From: Candidatus Latescibacterota bacterium
GTDB taxonomy: Bacteria > Latescibacterota > UBA2968 > UBA8231
NCBI GenBank assembly: GCA_965197905.1
Contig: CBDAOB010000005.1
Location: 1,088,001 to 1,152,000, forward strand
Direction of reading: 5' to 3'
DNA length: 64,000 nt
Position numbers and translations under genes: made by a program. Positions 32,462-41,908 of this stretch are shown here, piece by piece (positions within the stretch are counted from its first letter, which is position 1; every line of letters begins with the position of its first letter). Under the pieces are notes generated by a model that saw only the letters and a program-made list of their open reading frames with translations, ran no database searches and had not been told where the DNA came from.

Positions 32462-33364
32462 ATGGGCAACAGGTGGACGCGTGTATTAGCGCTCGATGAA
32501 AATCGGCAGATCGCGTCGGGCAGCACCGACGCACTGAACGATGCAATTCGGCGAGGCGCCGATCTGCACGTTGTCACTCGTTACAGGCACGCCGAACATG
32601 TCGACGCCGGCGCTAGTGAGAATGAGGTCGTCGATGAAAACATGGATTTCCGTGTCACCTGCTTGATCGATGATCGCTGGAGCGCTGGATTTACCACGGC
32701 GCGCGTCCCGGTCGTGCCGCCTGACGGCTTCGGACCGCGACCTTCACTCTCTCTCTTCCTGTACAACCAGGACGGCCTACAAGCTCTGGCACGTCCCTTC
32801 CTCGATGGGCAATCGGCCTCCGGCGATCCCGCAGTCGCCGACATGCCCGACGGTGTTGACGTGCCAAGGTATCAGGCAATCGACAGCTACGACGCAGATA
32901 CGCTGGCGCCGATCCGCACCTTTATCTACGACTTCGATTTCTTTAATTACCTGGTGCGGGATGCCTGGCGCGAGATTGCAGTGCACGAGGCAGGGACACC
33001 GGCACCGCCCGCAGCGGTTGCCGAGTTAGGAGAGGCGTTTACCAGCGGTTCCGACGTCAAGGTCGGTATCAGCGGATTGAACGACGATCTGGCAAGCGGA
33101 ACACCACTGCCGCACGAAGTATTCGTGCACGTCGATCATCTCTATCACTACAAAGGCTCCGGCTTGCTTATTGCGGCCACCCAACCAGTCGTGCGCACCC
33201 CACCCGCGATTCCGGTAGTCTACCACAGCGGCGCCTGGGACTTTGGTTGGCTGATGGCGCGCAGCGACGGGAACGTCGACCGATGGCTTTGCGATCCGCT
33301 CACGCAGAAATTTGCGAAGAGTAGAACGACAAACCAGATTCGCTGGTTCGTCTACGAAGGGTAG
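32462..33364 (+). CDS. Hypothetical protein with internal two-fold repeat
   Basis: 300-aa ORF co-oriented with neighbours; WTRV...AIRRGADLHV and WREI...AFTSGSDVKV are similar. Confidence 0.7.
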   Translation: MGNRWTRVLALDENRQIASGSTDALNDAIRRGADLHVVTRYRHAEHVDAGASENEVVDENMDFRVTCLIDDRWSAGFTTARVPVVPPDGFGPRPSLSLFLYNQDGLQALARPFLDGQSASGDPAVADMPDGVDVPRYQAIDSYDADTLAPIRTFIYDFDFFNYLVRDAWREIAVHEAGTPAPPAAVAELGEAFTSGSDVKVGISGLNDDLASGTPLPHEVFVHVDHLYHYKGSGLLIAATQPVVRTPPAIPVVYHSGAWDFGWLMARSDGNVDRWLCDPLTQKFAKSRTTNQIRWFVYEG

Positions 33365-33396
33365 CGGCTGCCTCCAACTTTCCCCACTCTCACACA

Positions 33397-33427
33397 CTTG
33401 CCGCAGCTGACGATAATGGCGTTTATT
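33397..33427 (+). promoter_or_regulatory. Conserved ~30-bp intergenic motif, copy 2
   Basis: CTTGCCGCAGCTGACGATAATGGCGTTTATT; shares the exact 14-mer ACGATAATGGCGTT with 28536-28549. Confidence 0.45.
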
Positions 33428-33530
33428 CGCCGTATCCTCCACGATCTCGGGGGTAAGGTGCAGAACCAGAAGGAGGGCCGCTTGCCGCTGAAGGGTTCAA
33501 CCAACGAGAACGACAGGGAGAAATCACGGA

Positions 33531-35708
33531 ATGTCTGATTACGTAAAGCGAATCGGCTCAACCGCCGAAAGACTGGCTGCAGTGCCGTACGAAAAACGGG
33601 TTTGCCGCGTGGAAGCACACTTCCCCAGCGCTCTCGACCCGGGACAAGCCCACACGGACCTCTCCGTGAAGGACTATGTCGAGCTGATCAGCGACGTCGG
33701 GTTCGAGGTCTGTATCGTCAGCGGTGAGCACAATCGCGGAACCCCACGGTTCCCATCCGAGATGATGACACCCCATCCCAACATCGAAAACGATCTACTC
33801 CCGCGTTTCATCGAACAGGCTCACGCCAAGGGAATCATCGTCCTCACATATTACCCGATCATCTACTGCAAACCGCTCAAGCCGAAACACCCGGAATGGC
33901 TGATGAAAATGCTCGACGATGGACGGCCGCAAGAAGAGAACCTGGGCTGGTTCTGTTTCAACTCGCCCCATCGGGACTGGCTGGCCGATTACCTGAGCGA
34001 CTTCAAGAACCACCTGGATGTGGACGGGTTCTACTTCGACGATACTAACTGGGGGACTCACGAGGGCTATCCGTTCACCCCCGGCTGCCACTGCTCCTAC
34101 TGCGAAGACCTCTTCCGCGCCGATACCGGTTTGGAGATACCGCGCAAGGTGGATTTCGACTCCATGACCTTCAAGCGGTTCGTCTCCTGGCGTTACGAGA
34201 AGGTGATCGATTTCATGCATCACCTCTACGGAGAGATGAGGCGACGGTACCCCGACCTCATCCTTGACATGAATACTTATTTCTGGCCGTCAGGTGACTG
34301 GGCGTTAGGGCACCCGCTGGGTTCCTTCCGTCTGGAGGAGGTCGGCTCCTATTTTTTCGTCGAGACCTTCCGCTCGGCCAGGGAGCCCGGCTTGGTGTCG
34401 AAGATTTTGCAGTCCACCGGCACCCCATTCGGCGTATTTCGCAACGTGACCCAGAGGTTAGAAGGGTTCGGAGCCGCTCCATATATGGAACCTCATACAC
34501 CGGGCATCTTCAGCATGACCTCGATAGCCCACGGCGGCGCGCCCTGCGGCGCGCCCTTCGGGGGACAGACGATCGTCCAGAGGGAACACCAGAGAACCGT
34601 GTTCTCGGACCTGAAGAAGCGGGTCGATTACATGGGGGGAGACAGCTTCAAACATGCGGCGCTGCACTACTCCACCATCAATCGGGACTTCCGTCCCTCC
34701 GAACGTGCCAAGAACACCTTCAAAACCCAGGCCTGGGAAATCGGCATGCACGACGCATATGGAGCGTACGAGATCCTGAACCGCTCTCACGTGGTCCTGG
34801 ACATCGCCCTCGACGAACATCTGAATCCGAAGCGATTGACCCAGTACTCAGTGCTCTTTCTGTCGAACAGCGCCTGTTTGGGTGACGACCACTGCGACGC
34901 GATTCGTGGTTTTGTCGCCGCCGGTGGCACCCTGGTGGCGACGTTTCAGACCTCGCTGTTGGACGAGTGGGGGGAGGACCGGGGGCAGTTCGCGCTCGCC
35001 GATCTCTTTGGGGTGACCTACGAGGGGCTCCGCGCCAATGGTGAGGACCACAACATCATCTACGTACCGCACGATGAGGAGCTGAGCAAACTGGGTTACG
35101 TCATCTGCTGCCATGGAAAAACTGCCGTGATCAAGGTTGGCAGCGAAGTCGAGGTCTTGTGCACGCGAGCCAGTATCGACGGGCTCGAGGGGTTCGACCC
35201 GAAGGGCGACTACGACAGCGGGGAACCAACGGCTGTTTGCCATCGGCACGGCAAGGGTCAGGTGTTCTACCTTGCTGCGGATGTCGGGGGAGCGTTCATG
35301 ACTAGTCCGTATCCACCGTTGCGTCGTTTCGTTGCCGAGCTCGTTGGTCGCGCACCGGCTCCGCTGGTGCTCGAGGGACCAGAAGCAGTCGAAATGAACG
35401 CCGCATGGAAGGAACCCGGGCAGTTGATGGTTCACCTGGTGAACAATCCCATGCCGCTGGTGCCGTGGCGCATCGATTCAGCAGTGCATCCCGATCACCG
35501 GTCATACGAAGAGGAGCGCACTACGTTTCACTACACCCCCGAGCTCTATCCGGTCCACGATCTGGTGCTGCGCTTTCCCGGACTTAAGGTGGTGTCTGCG
35601 CGGTTGCCGCTGCAGGCGGTCGAGCTGACCGTTTCGGGCGATCCGGCGACGGTGGTGGTGCCAAAACTCGACATGCACGAGGTGGTGCTGGTGGAGGTGG
35701 GCACGTAG
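33531..35708 (+). CDS. GHL6-like glycoside hydrolase with beta-galactosidase trimerisation (GATase-like) domain
   Basis: HPEWL, CFNSP, DGFYFD, CHCSYC, FVAAGGTLVAT, TSLLDE and HLVN motifs; paralogue of 45204-47372. Confidence 0.82.
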   Translation: MSDYVKRIGSTAERLAAVPYEKRVCRVEAHFPSALDPGQAHTDLSVKDYVELISDVGFEVCIVSGEHNRGTPRFPSEMMTPHPNIENDLLPRFIEQAHAKGIIVLTYYPIIYCKPLKPKHPEWLMKMLDDGRPQEENLGWFCFNSPHRDWLADYLSDFKNHLDVDGFYFDDTNWGTHEGYPFTPGCHCSYCEDLFRADTGLEIPRKVDFDSMTFKRFVSWRYEKVIDFMHHLYGEMRRRYPDLILDMNTYFWPSGDWALGHPLGSFRLEEVGSYFFVETFRSAREPGLVSKILQSTGTPFGVFRNVTQRLEGFGAAPYMEPHTPGIFSMTSIAHGGAPCGAPFGGQTIVQREHQRTVFSDLKKRVDYMGGDSFKHAALHYSTINRDFRPSERAKNTFKTQAWEIGMHDAYGAYEILNRSHVVLDIALDEHLNPKRLTQYSVLFLSNSACLGDDHCDAIRGFVAAGGTLVATFQTSLLDEWGEDRGQFALADLFGVTYEGLRANGEDHNIIYVPHDEELSKLGYVICCHGKTAVIKVGSEVEVLCTRASIDGLEGFDPKGDYDSGEPTAVCHRHGKGQVFYLAADVGGAFMTSPYPPLRRFVAELVGRAPAPLVLEGPEAVEMNAAWKEPGQLMVHLVNNPMPLVPWRIDSAVHPDHRSYEEERTTFHYTPELYPVHDLVLRFPGLKVVSARLPLQAVELTVSGDPATVVVPKLDMHEVVLVEVGT

Positions 35709-35733
35709 ATCGTCATAATCGAAAGGAGAACAA

Positions 35734-36171
35734 ATGGTTTCAGTGGGTGACAAAGCCCCGGAGTTTTCGATCAAGGACCACACGGGGAGGGAAGTGAGTC
35801 TCGGCGACTATCCCGGTAAAACCGTGGTACTCTGGTTTTACCCCCGCGCCAGCACCGGTGGGTGAACGGCCGAAGGCATCGGATTCCGTGATCGAATCCA
35901 AGCATATGAAGCGAAGAACGTCCAGATTCTCGGCGTCAGCACGGACAGTGTGGAAGCAAACGCCAAGTTCGCCGAAAATCAGGAGTTTTCTTACCCGTTG
36001 CTGTGCGACACCGAACGTGCGGTCTGCACGGCGTACGGAGCCTGCGGCAGCCCGTCTGACAAGTCTGCCAACCGCCATACCTACGTAATCGGACCTGACG
36101 GTTTGATTGCCCAGGTTTACGACAAGGTGAATGCCCGAAAACATCCTGAGCAGCTGCTCGCTTCGCTGTAG
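35734..36171 (+). CDS. bcp: Selenocysteine-containing peroxiredoxin (BCP/PrxQ type), 145 aa, Sec at codon 44
   Basis: AAGGAG RBS, ATG 35734. MVSVGDKAPEFSIKDHTGREVSLGDYPGKTVVLWFYPRASTGG-TGA(35863-65)-TAEGIGFRD continues in frame into ORF 35950-36171. TGA occupies the Cys of PxxxTxxC. Confidence 0.9.
35881..35899 (+). promoter_or_regulatory. Putative bacterial SECIS hairpin
   Basis: GGATTC(c)G-TGAT-CGAATCC stem-loop starting 15 nt after the in-frame TGA, with G in the second loop position. Confidence 0.65.
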
Positions 36172-36698
36172 GTTACGGCGCAACCCCCGATCGGCAGTCC
36201 CACCATGCCCGAGGTTGCCCAGAACCGGTCAAGAGGCAGCTCGAATACGACCCCAAGTACAATGGTCGCCGTAGTTGGACTGGGTGGTAAAGGCGGAAGT
36301 AAAGCGCTGGGCACCACGTGTGTTGCAGTCATCTCTGGGTTATACTTTTCTAGACACTCTGAATGGGAGAATGCCCAAGTGAACTCGCACCACTTCAAAC
36401 CTTCCATGTTCCTCGTCGAGCCCACGACGTCCTTCGAGAGGCGCTGGACCTCGCCAGCCGAGGTCGGTACCGAGTACCTGTGGGGGACGGAGGCTATGCG
36501 TACGAATGTGGCGAACGTCAAGCTCGTGCGCCAAGTGGAGTCCGAAGTGTCGGACTGAAGACGCCTTGGCGACGCGAACGACCGATCTTTCGCGCGTCCT
36601 TCTTGACCCGTCTAGCAATTTAATTTCCTAAGAGTGCGACCAATCGTTCCGAATCACTGATTCCAGCTCGGCTTGATCGGGCACCGAGACTAGCCATC

Positions 36699-37454
36699 AT
36701 GACAAAGCAGATCAACCTCCTCAGTGACGCGGAGTGGCCCGAAGCCGGATTCCACTTCGAGCTCCCGATTCGTCGGGAAGCTACCGCTCTTATTGTGATC
36801 GACGTGCAGGGTTACGTGATTGATACGGACGGGCACCTGGCGCACACGGTGCAGCGGCACAGTCCAGAGCTTCAAGCGGCATTCCTCGAGCGCGCGGAGA
36901 CTATGATTTCGAACATCGAGAGGCTTCTGAAAGTTTTCCGAGAAAACGACAAACGCGTTTTCTTCACCCGTCACGGAGCACAAACTCGCGATGGCGCCGA
37001 TCTCATCGTGCGCCGACGAGGCCGCGAGGAAGTGGCACTCGCTTCCACGGAAGAAGAGTCAGGTCATATGGCTGGAACCGGAGACCCAGCCTATGAGATC
37101 GACGCCCGCGTCGCGCCCCTGCCAGACGAGATGGTCCTGGACAAGAACACCAGCAGCGCGTTCCACACAACTCCAATTGACCTGTTTCTGCGCAATATGC
37201 AGGTCGAGACCATCGTGCTGACCGGTGTGGCGTCGGACCAATGTGTGCTGGCTACGGCTATCGACGCAGCCGATCGCGGATTCCACGTCATCATCGCCTC
37301 CGATGCGGTTGCCAACCACGACCCGGGAAGCGCCGAAGCCACGCAGATCCTCTTTGGCCGCGTGTGGGGTTATGTGATGAGTACCGACGACATCATACAG
37401 TGGATTAGAACGGGAGAAAAACCCAGGAACACGCGCGTCCCGGTGACGGCATGA
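36699..37454 (+). CDS. Isochorismatase-family cysteine hydrolase
   Basis: TALIVIDVQ, LDKNTSSAF and GVASDQCV (Asp-Lys-Cys triad). Confidence 0.9.
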   Translation: MTKQINLLSDAEWPEAGFHFELPIRREATALIVIDVQGYVIDTDGHLAHTVQRHSPELQAAFLERAETMISNIERLLKVFRENDKRVFFTRHGAQTRDGADLIVRRRGREEVALASTEEESGHMAGTGDPAYEIDARVAPLPDEMVLDKNTSSAFHTTPIDLFLRNMQVETIVLTGVASDQCVLATAIDAADRGFHVIIASDAVANHDPGSAEATQILFGRVWGYVMSTDDIIQWIRTGEKPRNTRVPVTA

Positions 37455-38593
37455 TCGATCAGTGCAACACGCCGTTGGGGGCGACGTCCCAACTCGTAGA
37501 ACTAACCCGACAACTGATCAATTTCCCGACCGTCAGTCGTTGGAGCAACAGCGCCCTCTCCGACCACCTCGAGGAGTTGCTCAAGCAGTGCGCTTTTGAG
37601 GTTGAGCGGCTGACCTACATCGACGGAAACGGCGAAGTCAAGGTCAGCCTGGTTGCCAAAAAGGGGGATGGTGCCGATGGTCTGGCCTTCTTCTCGCACT
37701 CGGATACGGTGCCTGGCCAGGAGGAGGACTGGGATGCCTTCAATGCGACCGTTGAGCATGGTCGGGTTGTAGGTCGGGGCAGCTGTGATATGAAAGGACC
37801 GCTGGCCGCTACGGTAATCGCGGCGGCCAATGTGGATGTCAATCGCCTGAAACGAGCGGTCTATGTGGTCGTCTGTGCGGACGAAGAAATCAGTGGGCAA
37901 GGCGCGAAGCAAGTTGCGGCGGAATCCGAGTTGTTCAAAGCCGCGCTTCCCAAGTATGGTGTGGTCGCTGAACCAACCTCGCTCGTCCCGGTTTATGCAC
38001 ACAAAGGCGGGGCTCTTATCGAGGTTGTGGCCAGAGGTGAGGCGGCGCACACAAGTACCGACAAGGGCGTCTCTGCCAACTTCCTTATGGTGCCGTTTCT
38101 GGCCGATATGGTTGAACTGGCCAAGCAAGTCAATTCGGACGAGTCGTTCATGGACTCAGAGTTCGGTCCACCCACCTGCGGTTTTAATTTTGTGCTTGAC
38201 GATGGTGGATGCCGGCCCAATGTCACGGCTGCCAAGACCGTGTGCTCGGTTTGTTTTCGGACGATGCCAAACGCCCGCAGCAAAGATGTGCTCACCCGCG
38301 TCACTAGCCGCGCCGCAGATTATGGCTTTGAGGTTCAGTCACAGTTCACTGAACCATTTTACACCTCGCCGACGGCCGAGATCGTTCAGATCGCCTGCCA
38401 GATCACCGATATCGAAGATCCTAAGACCGTCCCCTACGGCACCGATGCCTTCTACCTGAGTGAGTTCGAACTGGTCGTGCTGGGTCCTGGTGACATCGCC
38501 CAGGCCCATACGGTGGGTGAATGGATTGAAATCGACCAGCTTAACCGCGCCGTCGCAGTCTATGAGCAGATGATTCAAGCAGTGTGCATGTGA
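37451..38593 (+). CDS. M20 metallohydrolase, acetylornithine deacetylase (ArgE)-like
   Basis: SHSDTVP, GRGSCDMKG, DEE, AEPT and GPGDIAQAH motifs; ATGA overlap with the upstream gene. Confidence 0.88.
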   Translation: MIDQCNTPLGATSQLVELTRQLINFPTVSRWSNSALSDHLEELLKQCAFEVERLTYIDGNGEVKVSLVAKKGDGADGLAFFSHSDTVPGQEEDWDAFNATVEHGRVVGRGSCDMKGPLAATVIAAANVDVNRLKRAVYVVVCADEEISGQGAKQVAAESELFKAALPKYGVVAEPTSLVPVYAHKGGALIEVVARGEAAHTSTDKGVSANFLMVPFLADMVELAKQVNSDESFMDSEFGPPTCGFNFVLDDGGCRPNVTAAKTVCSVCFRTMPNARSKDVLTRVTSRAADYGFEVQSQFTEPFYTSPTAEIVQIACQITDIEDPKTVPYGTDAFYLSEFELVVLGPGDIAQAHTVGEWIEIDQLNRAVAVYEQMIQAVCM

Positions 38594-39047
38594 CCTGCGC
38601 CGACGCCAGGTTGGTCGAGATAGACGATTGCATCGAAGCGGTCGATCGAGCTGGCCGAAATGCCTCGTCTGTGAATCAAATCATGGTAGCTTCGACCGCT
38701 GTGGCGTCCCTGTCCGTTTCCCGCCTTTGGTAGAGCGGTACGTTTTTTCCAGGCGGCGTGATGTTCATGACCGTGTTGCCCTGCCAGCTGACGGTGTATT
38801 TGCGGCCGGCCACCACCTCGGCGCAAACCTCTCCGCGCATTGAATGAAGGACTTCGACCTCCTGCCCCCCTGCGAGCCCGTTCAGCTCGAGAAAGTTGCC
38901 TCGCCACTCGGGGAGTCTGGCAGTGCCGTCAACGGATACGCTCACTCGTCCATCCGCCCAATTCGGCAGGCGCACTCTAAGTTTCGGTGCGTCGTGGATG
39001 AGCAGGCGGAGTTTACCCTCCTGCGGATGGTGGCTGACAACGTCTAG

Positions 39048-40549
39048 GAGTGTGTCCGGGTATTACGCATTTGAGATGAATGAGTCACCGCTGGTTGTGC
39101 TGTAACACGTCGAGTACCCGGTGCATGAGTTTCATCTCGCGAAGAAGGCCCTATTTTGGCTGCGCCTGCGGGCGGAATTCAGCCATCGTGATCAACCAGT
39201 CGCCGATATCGGGCTCCATCCGGAGCGCATTAGCTTAAGAATGTTGTTGGCCATGCATACCAGCGACCATTCGCCCTGCACTTTACGATGACCGCGCAAC
39301 AGAAATTGGCGAAAGCCCAGCGCTTCCTTGATTTGACCGAAAACCGGCTCGGCCGACATCTCTCGTTTTTTGTATTCGGCGCGGCCGCGTTGGGTGCACA
39401 GCTTGCGCAGCATGCGATCCTTGCGACTGAGATCTTTCGGGATCCGGCCCCGAGGCGCCGTCATCTGCCGCCATTGCGAATGCTTGATTCTCTTCGGTGC
39501 CACGAACGGCTCGATGTCGTTGGCTTCCAACAATTCGATATCCGATTCCTTCCAGTAACCAGCATCGGCGCTGACCTTCTTCGGGGCCCGCTCTTGCTCC
39601 AACGTTACCTGCTCGACCAGCGGCAGCAGTTGCCCTTGGTCGGGGGCTGTCTGGCTGACTTGCGCGACGACCACTATCTGCGAGTCCGCGTCCACCGCGG
39701 CCTGGCAGCTGTAGGCCTGGATGAAGGCTTTGTCGCTCGACAGCATGATGCGGCTCTCCGGGTCGGTGAAGTTGCGTTGCGCTTTGGCCTCGGGCTCCTT
39801 CTTGCCCCGGGCCTTGGCTTCGGCCTCCAGCGTCGCCTTGGCCGCCTGGATTTTCTCCAGCCGCCGTTTCGGGTCGGCCAGCTCTTTGGGCAGTTCGTCG
39901 CCCGTCTTGTCGGCGCCATAGAGTGCGTCCTCGGCCGCATCGACCGCGTCGCACTCTTCAAACCACCGACGGATGTCGGCGCGCAGCCGCTCTTCCTCTT
40001 TTTTCATCCGGGTATAACTCATCGCCTTGTGCTTGCCGGCATGCGCTCGCACCTTGGTGCTATCCACCGACAGGTGACCCAGCTTGACCAAACCCGCCTC
40101 GCGGCACAGGGCTACCACTTGCGTGAACAGACCCTGCAAAGCGTCCAGATGACGGGCACGAAAGGCCGCCAGCGTGCGGAAATCCGGCGCCTGACCGGCG
40201 GCCAGTACGCGAAACGCCACATCCTCCTGACAGGCTTGCTGCATCTTCCGCGAACTACGCACGCCGCGCACGTAGCCGTAAACAATCAGCTTCGTCATCA
40301 ACAACGGATGATACGGCGGATACCCACGCTCTTCCTCGTAGCAGGACAGAATAGGCTGCAGGTCCAGCGTCGCCACCAAGTCGTTCACAAAGTAGACCGG
40401 ATGGTCTTCCGGTAGCCATTCTCGAAGCGAAGGCGGCAGCAACAACAGCTGATCAGGGGCGTAAGCACGGAACGTCTTGGACATCTATCCACCTCCGGGT
40501 CATCGTCTGCCCCTAAGATAGGGATCATGACCATTACTCGGACACACTC
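39048..40549 (-). mobile_element. IS1182-family insertion sequence, 1502 bp
   Basis: Terminal inverted repeats GAGTGTGTCCGGGTATT / GAGTGTGTCCGAGTAAT (15 of 17 match). Flanking CTAG at 39044-47 and 40550-53. Single transposase. Confidence 0.93.
39192..40484 (-). CDS. IS1182-family DDE transposase
   Basis: LLLPPSLREWLPEDH, PPYHP, SSRK, PDFRT, VDSTKV, NFTDPESRIM, SADAGY and EPVFGQIK..LGFRQFLLRG motifs; GGAGG RBS. Confidence 0.93.
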   Translation of the reverse strand: MSKTFRAYAPDQLLLLPPSLREWLPEDHPVYFVNDLVATLDLQPILSCYEEERGYPPYHPLLMTKLIVYGYVRGVRSSRKMQQACQEDVAFRVLAAGQAPDFRTLAAFRARHLDALQGLFTQVVALCREAGLVKLGHLSVDSTKVRAHAGKHKAMSYTRMKKEEERLRADIRRWFEECDAVDAAEDALYGADKTGDELPKELADPKRRLEKIQAAKATLEAEAKARGKKEPEAKAQRNFTDPESRIMLSSDKAFIQAYSCQAAVDADSQIVVVAQVSQTAPDQGQLLPLVEQVTLEQERAPKKVSADAGYWKESDIELLEANDIEPFVAPKRIKHSQWRQMTAPRGRIPKDLSRKDRMLRKLCTQRGRAEYKKREMSAEPVFGQIKEALGFRQFLLRGHRKVQGEWSLVCMANNILKLMRSGWSPISATG

Positions 40550-41908
40550 CTAGCCATGGCGTTCGGCGATTGAGCGGCATATTGACCCAGACCGTATCGT
40601 CGCGTTTCTGAACGATGCCGTCCCATGCCAGGAAGAGCGCCCGCGCGCCCGTTGCCCCGCAGCAGCCGGCGATGAATCGCCGCCCGTGAGTCATGAAATC
40701 GTTCGGCCAGCTCCCCCCGGCGAAACCCCCGATAGCCCGCCCCACTACATCGCGGTAAGTTGCCTGCGACGTCTCGGCCTTTTGGGTCTCGTGCTGGCGC
40801 GCCGGCAGGCTCTGCAATTGACTTTCAACGAGATGGTTCCTGGTAAAACGCTCCACGTCCTCCCAGTATCTGTCGTCGCATGATTCAGCGATCATGTGGG
40901 CGATTTCGATCATGTCGGCGAGACAGCAAGTCTCCGCGTCTATTTCATCGGGGGGCCTGGTTCCCACCCACTCCGGGAACCAACCGAACGAGGAGCCCTG
41001 GAGTCGAGCCCAGTCATACACCTTTCTGCCCAGCTCGACAAGCTGCGGGTTGTCCGTCACCAGGCCGTATCTGAGTATGCCAGCAACGACCCACATCGTG
41101 GCATGGAAGTGACCGATGAACCGACCGTCGTGGCCGAACTCCCTGGTCTGCCCCACGATGTGGTTGATCAATCCTTCGGCCAGGTCCAGTGCGGGCTCGT
41201 AGCCGGACGCCTCGTAATATCTGACCAGCGGCAGGATCATCACGCCGTTGAAGATGTGCTCCTTACCCCGACCGGTGAGCATCGTGAAATCCCAACCATC
41301 AGGTGTTATTCCGTCACAGGGGAAGTAATAGCTCTTTTTGCCCGTTTCCTCGAGCTCGTAGGTATAACTCTTTCCAATGTGGGCAGCCGTTGCGAGGAGG
41401 CCGTCAATTAGTCGTTCCGTCGTCTCCTTCACACGCGGCTCGCGGGTAGACGTGTACCAGGTCACCAATCCATTCAGCAGGTATCCCTGCTCGTGTATAA
41501 CGGCGTGCCGGACCCGACACCAGGGTAGGGAGGCGTGGTAGCGCAGTCCGTCCGCACCGTAGTCCGACAGCAGCATCTCTTTCAGCCCGGCCTCGGCCTC
41601 GATCCCTTGCCTGCTGCCCGTCATTCGGCGCGCCAAAACGATCCCGTCCACCCAGCTGCCAGGCAACTCGCTGGAATCCGGGCGGCAGTGTGAGGCCTCG
41701 GGCGGGTCCGTCTCCAGGTTCACCCGCCAATACGGCAGGTAGCCAAGCTGTGAGTCGGCCATCCCTGTGAGGTAGTTCAAGCTCAGTTCGGCGTGATGGA
41801 CTAGGTCCAGCGTATCTAGCTTGTCCACGGTCAAACCTCCGGCATCACTTGTTGATTTCGATCTCTATGATGGTGCATACAGCGAGTATCGTGGTCGAAG
41901 CTAGGCTC

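Larger units (their letters stand above)
38676..41834 (-). pseudogene. GH127 (beta-L-arabinofuranosidase)-like gene interrupted by an IS
   Basis: GHFH, ETCC, RNHLVESQ, GCC motifs. Removing the IS and one CTAG restores RRTPWLDVVSHHPQEGKLRLLIHDAPKLRVRLPNW and a 550-aa ORF. Confidence 0.82.

Noticed and set aside
36205..36558. 117-aa ORF after the peroxiredoxin
   Set aside because: No RBS or recognisable motif; may be a fragment but cannot be supported.
39288..40415. 375-aa plus-strand ORF inside the IS
   Set aside because: Antisense shadow of the high-GC transposase; no recognisable motifs.
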